DNA of 64,000 nucleotides from Thalia democratica (lineage: Eukaryota), in NCBI GenBank assembly GCA_965202585.1, contig OZ241832.1:51894001-51958000 (forward strand). Reading direction: 5' to 3'. Shown one piece after another: positions 36,001 through 46,243 of this stretch. A model generated the notes under the pieces. It ran no database searches. It was given only the letters and a program-made list of their open reading frames with translations, and was not told the origin of the DNA. Both the position numbers and the translations under genes were made by a program. Each line of letters opens with the position of its first letter. Position 1 is the first letter of the stretch.

Positions 36001-39000
36001 AAAGCTTATGTTTATATAGAAAAATTATTTCAATATGTTTTTTTACATTATCTGATTTAAAGAAAATATTTTAGTGTAAATGTTAGAATAATATTTATTA
36101 AAAACCTACTAAAAAAGTTTTTTCTTATAAAACCAAAAAACTTAAGGTAATAAAATTAATTAAAAAACAAAAGCATAAGTAATAACTACTATTCAATAAC
36201 CACCATTAAAATAAACACACACACTGCTGCTTATATTGCAATTCTCTATTGACACGGAAACTGCCTAAGGCAAATTCACAATAAGAACTAGTAGCTGTTA
36301 CAACAATCCTAGAAACCAATATATTTATATTCATTTTACACACTACTACGTGGCTATAGCAAGGAAATAAACAGCACGCTTGTCAGCTTGCCATTGTAAG
36401 TTGTCTGGTGGTCACCGTGGTTTTTCCAAAAGAAAAATGTTGGGTACCCTTTTACATGGAACCTCTTAACGGTTTTTGGGTTGGCATCACCATCAAGCTT
36501 TGCTAGTTTACAATCGGGTATGTCAGTAAGCAATTGAGTGGCTGCTTTTTTGTAATCCTTGTCCATGTGAATGCAGTGTGTGCACCATGGGGCGTCTGAA
36601 AATTAATTCAAATTTTAAACATGCATATTAGAACTATTATTTACCGCCGTATTCCTTGGCCTCTCCGTTCTTAAAGAACTTCAAAGTTGGGTATCCTCTG
36701 ACTTCGAACTTCTCAGCTGCCTTCTTGTGGATGGTGGCGTCAACTTTGGCCAGTTTGATTTCAGATTCTTCAGCAAGGAGGGCACCTGCAGCTTTGGCGT
36801 ATTCGGGAGCCAAGGCTTTGCAGTGGCCGCACCATGGGGCGTCTTAATTGTTTGATTGTTAAAATAAAAGTTCATTTTTTACATATTATAATTACATACA
36901 TAATAAAGTTAAATTTCATGGGGCGTCTTAATTGTTTGTCATGATTATTAATCAAGTTAATTATTAGTTACATAATAAGCTACATGATTAAGTTTTTAGC
37001 TTTTCAGAATAAAAAAAAATACAACAATTAATTGATTATAATTTAGTTTTGTTATCTTATTAAGTGAAAAAAAACATTTAATTGTATATAATTTTGTTTT
37101 GTTACTTTAATAAATTTTGATAGTAAAAAAAACAACATTTAATTGTTTTTCATTAAGCTCAGATAAGTATTTTATTATAAGTAATATTAAGTATTAATAT
37201 TAGTAACAAAGTACAACAATTAAATGTTTATAATTTAGTTTTGTTACTTTATTAAATTTTGATACTAAGAAAAAAATACACTCAATTATTTATAAGCTCA
37301 GATAAGTATTTAATTATAAATTACATTTTAAGCTTATAACCTAATTATAGGGATTAGTAATTGTATCCAACTTTAAAGATTAAGTTTCTAGAAAACTATA
37401 AATTTATGGAGTAAAACAAGACAATTTCAATTTTTGTATTAGCCAAGTTATGTTAATATAAGGTTTTATAACAGTTAACCCTAACCTAAAGTCAATTTTC
37501 ACAACTTAAGTTGTAAAACTTTTTTGAGCTTTTTAACTTACTCAGCTTTTTGGTTATTGAAAATTAAAAACATTACAAAAACTAACATTTTAAATATAGT
37601 CAACTAAGAATAATAACATGGTATTTTAAAATTTTAGTATGCCTGATTTTTTTTAACTTATGATAATAAAATTGTTTTAGCACTGCTTTTACGGCGTCAT
37701 GATTTTTTGCATTGTAAAAAATTGAATATTAAAATATAGTTACTTTTTTATACTGACTCCCAAAAAAATTTTTATTTTTGGAAAAACATTTAGTAAAAAA
37801 ATATTAAACTTTAAAAACAAAAGAAAGATTTAAAAATACTGGTTTCACCTTTTTGTAAATTATTTTATAAACTTGATTGCAAGCATATAATCTTACAACT
37901 TATCTAATAACTAAATTCATTGTCTTTCTTCTCTTCCTTTAGAATTTATTTAAAATATTTTTTTTATAAAAGTAGAAAATCTTTGCTAACTATTTTGAAG
38001 TTTATATATTCAAAAAGACTACTTTGGTAAACATACTTATTAATACTAAGAAAATAGGCTTCTGATGTTATGCTGCAAAATATACTAAAATGGCTGAACA
38101 CATTTTATCAATAATTAATTACTTCAAGAATACAACTATTGTATAAAACAAACTTCAAAATTTGTTAAGTTTTATAAGAAAATTATTTAATAAAAGAAAC
38201 AGTTTCTCAACAATTTTTTTATAATTGAAAAATATTTAAGTAATAAAAAGATAAGTAGTTATATAACATAAAACAGATTTCTGCACATTTATCATTGTGT
38301 TATTTTTATATCTTGATTAAAATTTTTAAACAAATCAAAATTCTTATTTTTCATTAATATCTTAACATGTCATACTTTCAACATATTATTAAATCTGTAG
38401 TGCATTTAAATGACAAATTTAACAGAAAATTTGAATAGAAAATATATATTAAACATTTAACAAAACAGCTTCAAATAAAACCAGCATTGAATTGACAAGA
38501 TACATTAAAAATTGAAAGGACTCATAAGTCAAAATTTAAGATATTATTTAAGATATATTATTTAATATTAGTTTGTGTTAAAACACATATGAATATTCAA
38601 ATTATATTAATTTTAAGACAAATAATAGTAAAAACCATTTTCTGAAAACTAAAATACTACTGTGGTAAAGTATTACTGAAATTATATTTAAATTTTTACT
38701 AAAACTTCAACTAAAACTGAATAAATTGAGGAATTTTAAAATGATCTTTAAAACTTTCAAATAAATAAACAAAAATAAAAACCAAAATGAATTAAACAAT
38801 GTGTTTGCAATCTGCTTATATATATTTCCTTTCTTAAATAGTCAGTTATATTCCTGACAAAACTATATAGCTTTTAATTTAACAATGAAAATTGTTTGTA
38901 AACTATTTGTTAGTTGATATTGATCAAACCCTAAACTTAATAAAAAAACAAAAACTGAATATACTATTATTTGGTAGTTGCATATATAAGTTAAACAAAA

Positions 39001-39701
39001 GTATTATAAGAATTTTACACAGATAAATAATTCATATGATTGTATTTTTTGACAGCAATATAAAATTATCATAAGCTAATGAAACAAAATAAAATATTGT
39101 ATTATACATAGGTTTAATTTCTTTAAAAGAATGTTATTGTTAATGTGTGGGCTAATGGCATAGGGGTCCTTATGATGGCTTAGAAAACTTTCTTAGTTGA
39201 ACATTGCAAGACAGAAACCCAGTAGTCGACACATATATAAAAAATATTTTAACTATTGTGGAAACAAGTCTTAGATATATTATTATAACTACTTAGTAAT
39301 AAATTTAATATTTAGAGAAAAATTAAATACAGCTATATATTTTTATAGACTATATTCTTCAACAAATTATGTATTTTTTTGTACATGTGTCAGTCATGGG
39401 GTTTATCCTACAATATATAACTCAAACTGCCATTAAGACCCATCAGACCACTTGAAGAGTTACAAAATAAAATTTAAAAATATGTTTTACTAAAAGTACA
39501 TACTATATTTATTAATGTTAAATCTTCAAAATTTATATTAAAAAAAAATTATAACTTACAGAATTCTACAAGAACAAATTTGTTGTCCTTGACTGCATCA
39601 TCAAAGTTGTCATCAGTCAACACCAAGACATTTTCCTCAGTTTCAATTGCCTTCACAGACAAAAGTCCAAAAACAAGAAAAACTAATGATAATAACTTCA
39701 T
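30052..39701 (-). CDS. P4HB: Protein disulfide-isomerase, canonical isoform (about 497-508 aa, a-b-b'-a'-c, KDEL); exons 39701-39560, 36842-36645, 35955-35822, 35442-35305, 34917-34816, 34373-34248, 34045-33724, 32493-32327, 31805-31725 (or -31692), 30204-30193, 30123-30052
   Basis: Signal peptide, two YAPWCGHCK motifs with GYPT/GFPT cis-Pro loops, x-linker [10 protein letters not shown], and acidic tail [23 protein letters not shown]. All phases are consistent. Confidence 0.93.
30578..31361 (-). CDS. P4HB: PDI alternative C-terminus: microexons 31361-31323 ([13 protein letters not shown]) and 31251-31228 (PFYKQHVT), plus terminal exon 30874-30578 (Met-rich, HKEL)
   Basis: All are phase 0 with AG/GT sites and lie inside the last canonical intron region on the same strand. 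The terminal exon ends KTEHKEL*. Confidence 0.75.
33236..33420 (-). CDS. P4HB: PDI alternative a'-domain exon (WCEHS, CxxS)
   Basis: [62 protein letters not shown]. Phase 1-0 like the canonical exon 32493-32327, with CAG| acceptor and AAA|GTACGT donor. Confidence 0.85.
35021..35113 (-). CDS. P4HB: PDI alternative b-domain exon
   Basis: 93 nt, phase 0-0, TAG| and AAG|[33 protein letters not shown] aligns with canonical [34 protein letters not shown] ([11 protein letters not shown] vs [11 protein letters not shown]). Confidence 0.7.
36392..36595 (-). CDS. P4HB: PDI alternative a-domain exon (WCTHC), GC-AG donor
   Basis: [68 protein letters not shown]. Same phase (1-1) and same acceptor context (AG|ACGCCCCATGGTGC) as the canonical exon. 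The donor at the homologous position is G|GCAAG. Confidence 0.82.
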
Positions 39702-39873
39702 TATGTCTAAAAGTAAAATTATCTATAAAAGACTATCCTAGTTACCCGAAGTGATCTAAGGAATGAATAGATAAAAAACTGTAAAACTGTCTATACTTAT
39801 TTATTTTATTTCAAACGTGGCTATCTATTCGCATGAGTAGTCACGTTCACCGTTCATCTTGCAACAAAAAGGC

Positions 39874-39892
39874 CGTGTTGAAATCTGATTGG
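39874..39892 (-). promoter_or_regulatory. ER stress response element (ERSE-like)
   Basis: The minus strand reads CCAAT-CAGATTTCA-ACACG, i.e. CCAAT-N9-CCACG with one mismatch, about 175 bp upstream of the PDI ATG. Confidence 0.65.
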
Positions 39893-42800
39893 CTTAGAGC
39901 TATTTCTTTCTTCGCGTGTAACAAACTGCTTAAAAAGACAAATTTGTCAATTATACGAAAGACAAAACTCTATTTTCAAATCTAAAATACTTATTTTTAA
40001 GGAATAAAAACGGATGTATTACATTTTAGTCGTAATTCTTAGTTAACTATATTGAAAATTTTATTAGTACTCTACAAATTTAATTACAAAACGATAATAA
40101 AAACAAACAAACTGCTTGAAACTAATATATTTTTAAATGCATCTATTTTTAGTATTTTTCACATATACAGAATAAAAGTATTTCCATAAATATTTAAGTA
40201 CACTACACATGCTTTTCGATAAAATAGTTCTCTAATTATGATACGTTTTTAAGTGAATTTTGAATACTTTTAGTTGGTCGTTTTTGTATAACTCGATTTC
40301 TAGTAAACGGTCAAAAAAAAAACACGAAATAAAAATAATGTTTTTATAAAAAAAACGATGGAAAGCAGCTCATTCCAATTTATTTTAATTATGACTAAAC
40401 ATTTTCTTTTTAAGACTACTTTTTTTTTCTTAAAAGCGATGGAGCTTATGTTTTGAATTCGATTATATGTTTATACGTTTTTTGAGGGTATTACTTTTCT
40501 AAACTTTGAAAATTTTTATCGATTCTCACAAACTTTGACAAGTTAACATTTGATTTTTTTGTATATAAATATTTTTAAGTTTTAAACTACATAAAACTAC
40601 CAGACAACTACTGTTGGTAACATATATTTAGTTTTATACAATACCGTTAGCTAATAGACCTTTAAGTCTGCGAATTTAACTTAAAAATTATTTACTTGAT
40701 TGATTTATTTGCCATCAATATTTTAGAGTTTACCTTATAAATTTATTATTTAGCTCTAGTTTAGGTTTATTGCTAGATTTTATCGTTTGTAGTAGGTACA
40801 GATATTACATGAAGAAGAAGTTTTTCAAGGCCAATAAATTTATTTTAAATTAGTTATGTATTAAGTCTAGTTACATGACAATGCAAACTATTTAGAAAAT
40901 ATTTAAAAGACTTTACCTCAAAAAGTAATAAATATTTGAAAAAAATAAAAAATATGCTTAGGACTTATTAATATCTACATTAATATCTATTTTTAATTTT
41001 TTACAAAACTTTAAATACTTTTTCAGATATTTGAAAGATATTAAAATAACTATATTTTTAAATATATTTAAATATCTCTCATAATATTTAAAAGTTTGCA
41101 AAAAATAAAAATGGCTTTTAGATATTTATAAGACATACAAACGGTTTTTTTTTCAAGTATTTCAGTTTTAGGCCTTTGAACATTTTTAACAATTTGAATC
41201 AATTTTTAAAAATTGAATTGTCGTTATTTGAATAGTCGTGTATCCGTTTAAAAATCCATAAACTTATTAGTGCTCCCTATTTAAAACAGATTAAAAATTT
41301 TTCATAAAATGTAGGCAAACACTTTTATACCCTAGTTATTCTTATAAGTTGAATATGATTTGTTTTTGAAAACAAAAATTAGCAATAAAGAAAATATATC
41401 TTTTGATGACAAATTTATCATGTCTTTATAACTTTAGTATTATATCAATCAATCACAGTTAACTCGGATATAAACTAAAAAATAAATAAATGTACGATAT
41501 TTATTATATCATACCTTGTTGTAACACAAAAAATTCTGTTATAACTGTTTAAGGTAAAACATTTTATGCAATATACAACTATAAATTCTCATATGATAAA
41601 TGTTGTAAGTATTTTGTAAATACCAAATAAATTTATCGTTTGCAGAATAAAAAAAAAATCTTCTAAATTAACACTTAAACCCAAACAAAGTTGTCTTAAT
41701 TTTTCAGTTAAACAATTATTACGGTTTATTTTGTCATAATAAATATAGTAAATGACATACAAATATTAAAGCTCCAACTGCTGTTTTGAAGTGTTGATTG
41801 GCTTTAGCATTTTATAAATTTTTAAGAAATTTGGTTAAAATAATAAAATATAATGACTATCAAATGTAAAGAAATAAAAATAAAACTTAAAGTTGAAGAA
41901 ATGAATATAACATTTGTAAATGAAATTTATAAACATAAGCATTTGGTGTTATTTTTTTGTAAGAAGTATTTAGTACTTTTTACTTTTAACAAACTTGTTT
42001 ATTTTTTATTTTTTCTCACATACTTGAGGCAAACTTTTTATATAAACTATTATTAAAAACAAAAAAATATTATATTTATTCCTTAAAACGATCGAAAGTC
42101 TGGGGATGCTAGTTTGATAAAGTTACGAAATGAAAAAGTAATAATAAGCAACATAGTGACAAACTGTTTTTAAACATCACAGAAGTGTAAAAAAAGCCTG
42201 CAGTTCTTTTTTTTTCGAAACGATTTCTCTTGTAAATCAATTTTAAATTTATTTTGTATCTAACCTGCTTTCTGCGTGGTAGAATCTTATCAGAATAGTT
42301 TGAATTGTACAACTCATCAAAATCAATCAGGATTGAAATATAAGGGTTACTGAAAACATTTTAATGCCATTAAACTTTAAAATAATTAATTAAAAAGCTA
42401 AAATATTATAACAGCTCACGATAGACATGAACAAATTTTTTCTGTTTGCAAAATCCCTACTGCTACACTAAATTAGTTTGTATTTTAGATAAATTAAGTA
42501 ACGTTTTATTAAAACAAAAAAAGACAAAGAGAAAACTGGAACTGAATGTATTTTAAAACAACACTAAACTTACTATAATCCTACTTTATAGATACAAAGT
42601 AAGTCTAAAAATTAACCAAGTAAGTAAAAATTGCTAACTTAAGTTGGAATTTTATAAATAGAAAAAAAGAGAATGCATTTGTTTTGGATAGAATTAAATG
42701 TAAGGAACTAAATTAGTTTAGAAATGTTTGTAACAGTTTTTATTTTCTATACCCAAGTCACTGTTAAATCATCACAAACCAGCTATAGTTTGTGTTCTCA

Positions 42801-42978
42801 AAAAGAGCTAACAAACAAACTTAGTTTTCTAAATCTGGATATTTTGATGAACTTAATAGCATTATACTTTTTGTAACATTTTTTACTTAGAACTTACAAC
42901 CAGTTTTACAACTTATTTAATATCTGTAAATTTAAAACAAATGTTAAAATTTGTTGGAAAACTGCTAAAACTAAATAC

Positions 42979-43097
42979 TCCTGGACAAGACGTTAAAAGG
43001 TATCCGTGGTGCGACTCGAAAACCGAAAGGTTTGTCGTGCACCACGGATATATGTCCTAGGACCAAATATTTTGAGCGCTTTTTTGTCGTTCAATAA
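42979..43097 (+). repeat. Dispersed hairpin element, copy A (long stem capped by AAACC-GAAA-GGTTT)
   Basis: TCCTGGACA...TATCCGTGGTGC GAC TCGA AAACC GAAA GGTTT GTC GT GCACCACGGATA TA TGTCC T AGGA. Confidence 0.75.
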
Positions 43098-44820
43098 ATT
43101 AGTAAAAATAGTAAAATATTAAAGGCTAGAAGTTATTCAATGCTTAACTAACAACTTATCTTTAACAAAAGTTACATACTTTTTCTTTGTCTAACGAGTC
43201 TAATTCAGTTTAAAGTTATTTAGTACCTTAATATTAAAAATATTTTATTATGAAAAAGAAGTTAATTTTGAGTTAAAAAAAAAATACCATTCAGTTTTTC
43301 AATATATGAACTTTAGCCTTAGACTCAGAGTAAATTAATACTTTTTAAAACAATTTGAATTCTGGTTATAAACGTTTATTGAACTCAATTCGTTGTTGAA
43401 TGGCTGATTTTAAGAGTACAGCTTTCTTTATAAAAATAAAGTATTTTAACTTTTTCTTTATCAATCATGATTGTTCTGCCACTATCAATAGAACATAATA
43501 AAATTTTTATTATTAACTTAAAATAACTAGAGTTACTAAACTTAAAGATAACACGAAATTGAAAGCGGTTTCGAAAAGTTTGAATCAAAAAGAAGTCTTG
43601 TAAAGTATTTTTTTATGTTTTTAATTATTCTGATGTAAAGCTTTATCAAAACAAATAAGTGTTTTTTTATATTAACAAACTTGTATTTTATTATTTAATA
43701 CAGTATATTATTGTGATTTTTTTGCTTAATTCTATAATATACTTATATTTACTAAAAAAAGATACCAACTAAACTTATTGACGTAAAATGTGCATGTTAC
43801 TATTAGTTCGTTCACAAGTTACAAAGTTTTACTACTTTTATCAAGACATATATACTCAATTCTAATGTACATAATAAATAAGAAGAGTGAGCATCATACT
43901 TAAACAATTTTTAAAAACCAAAATTTTTTGAATATCACCAGTCGCAAAGAAAACTTTTATCTTATAAAAGTTTAAGTTTACAAAGCTTCAAATAAACTTT
44001 CTACCATAAGTTTTTTTAGTCATGAACATGTTTATTAAAGCTTTGTACTTGAAATTTTTTTATCAAGTTAAATGTTTAAGAACAAAAGGAAAGTATATAT
44101 AAATATTCATATAGTTTTTAAACATTTTGAAATTTAGTTTAGAAATTTAAAATATAATTTAGTTTTAAAATTTACTAATATTTTATGGTTTAAAAAAAAA
44201 CGTTTCGTTCTAAAATTTCTATAAGGTTTTTGTAATTTAATTATTAAAAATATATTTTCTTTTAGTTGTCTTCGTAAGCAATATGTTTTTGTATTAAACT
44301 GATGCTCAATAGTTTAAATTTCAAGTTTGTTTTATATAACATAGAAACTTTTTAAGTAAGTTAATGCTATTTTATTTTGCAAAATTCTATGATTTATAAC
44401 TTTTGTAAATATTAATAGTAAGGTAAGTATATGCATTTTACTTTAGAAGAAATAGTATGTAGGTAGTTATAATTGTACATAAATAATTGCTTAAAAAGGT
44501 TAAGCTCTATACAATGTATAAACTATTGTGAAACATAACTTAATCAACCTTGGTTAAACTTTTTAAACAAATTTTAAAACACTTGTAAAAGATTAAAACT
44601 TGACAGTAATGTATTTAAAACAGCCATTTATTAATCCTAAGTTCTATTAAGCAGTTATAAAATTACTAGCAATTAAACTAGCAAGCCTTTTATTTTATTC
44701 AAGCAACAAGGAAATCAAACACCGACTTAAACAACAAGGAAGCTAATTAGATTTGTAAAATTTTATTAGAGCAACAAAGAAAACAATAAACAAGGAAAAG
44801 ACACAGTAAATACACGAACA

Positions 44821-44917
44821 ACACGTGTAAGATTTACAGTGGTTCTTCGTATTATCATGACGTAACAGTGTTTCTATGACGTAACAGTTTACAGTGATAT
44901 ACAAGATGTTTACAGTG
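44821..44917. promoter_or_regulatory. Cluster of repeated bZIP/E-box-like motifs
   Basis: ATGACGTAACAGT x2 (44857, 44876), TTTACAGTG x3 (44833, 44888, 44909) and ACACGTGT (44821). Confidence 0.35.
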
Positions 44918-46243
44918 GGATGTCACAGTATGAAATTATTAACATATAAATAAGGAAACATGATAGTTAGCAAAGTTTGTACAAATGAGTTGTATGTGAG
45001 CGCGATGAATGTAAACTTGTAAATTAAATAAAATTCATACAAAACAACTAAATGAGTTTTAGAAGCGAAAAAAAAATATTAACATTTAAAGATTCAGCTA
45101 GTGTTTAGTAATTAAAAATGTAATACTTGAAAAACTTAATTAGTAGATTTAAAACACTAAGAAAAAATTAAAGTTTACTTCGAAAACAAATAACACGAGT
45201 TTCAAATAAAACTTTAAAAAAAAAAATTAATAGCCATTTTTGGTCGTTTAAGCTTATAATCTGAAAAAAAAAGTATAATTTGAAAGTTTTAGTTTATAAA
45301 ACAAATTGAATTTTAAAACTTATTTTAGTAACAAAAAGAAATATCAACGACTGTTTCCTTTGATATTTGAACAATAAAACAACGGATTAAAATTGTGTGT
45401 AAATAGTTCAAAATGCATGAATATATAACTTATATTTGCGTATAAATAATGTGGTCACTTTTTCTTCTATTATGACGTGACTTTCTAGATACTGAAGATG
45501 ACACACTGTAGTCTGAAGATTTGAAAAATTATTTTACTAATTAATATAAATAAAAAAGGATTGCCTTTATTTAAAAGTACGAAGAAAATCAATCTTAAAA
45601 ACACTTTTATGTTTTTATGCTTGACTTAAAACTCATATATGTAAAACTTTAGCTGTTTTAGTGTTTAAAAATAAATTTAGTTTATAAAGATTACTTTTAT
45701 TTATCCTTGAATTATATCATAGTATGAATATATACCGACTTAAAAATCAAAAGTGATAGTAACATTAAAACTGTTTTACTTCTAATTAAAGCTACAAATC
45801 TCTAAATTCAACAACGTTAGTATAAATTCTTGCATAAGATTTAACACCAAAATTTTTAATTTTAGCAGTTTTTATACTTGTTAAACTTTTAAAATAACTA
45901 TTGCTTTAAACTTTTGTAAGGCTAACTCACTTTAAAAAACTTTAAAAAATAATTTATATAATTCTCACAGTGTTTTAAAGTGCTCGTTCTTCAAACCTTC
46001 AATTTAATAAGTATACTTGAAATATGCTACAAGTTAATAGAATAAAAAAAAAACAATCCTTAAGTATTTCAAAGTTTAAACTTGTACCAGCATTTTTAAA
46101 CATGTTTTCAACCTGTAAACTTTATAACATTTTCTTTCACATCAAAAATTTGATAAAAATTCAGCTGAAGACTGAAAATTGTAATACGCAGAAACAGCTG
46201 TCCAGGCTACAAACATACACATAACTTTTTTTGTAAAACAATT

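Noticed and set aside
46160-46205. CTGAAGA...GAAACAGCTGTC as a hammerhead
   Set aside because: Stem II closing pair and stem I do not form.
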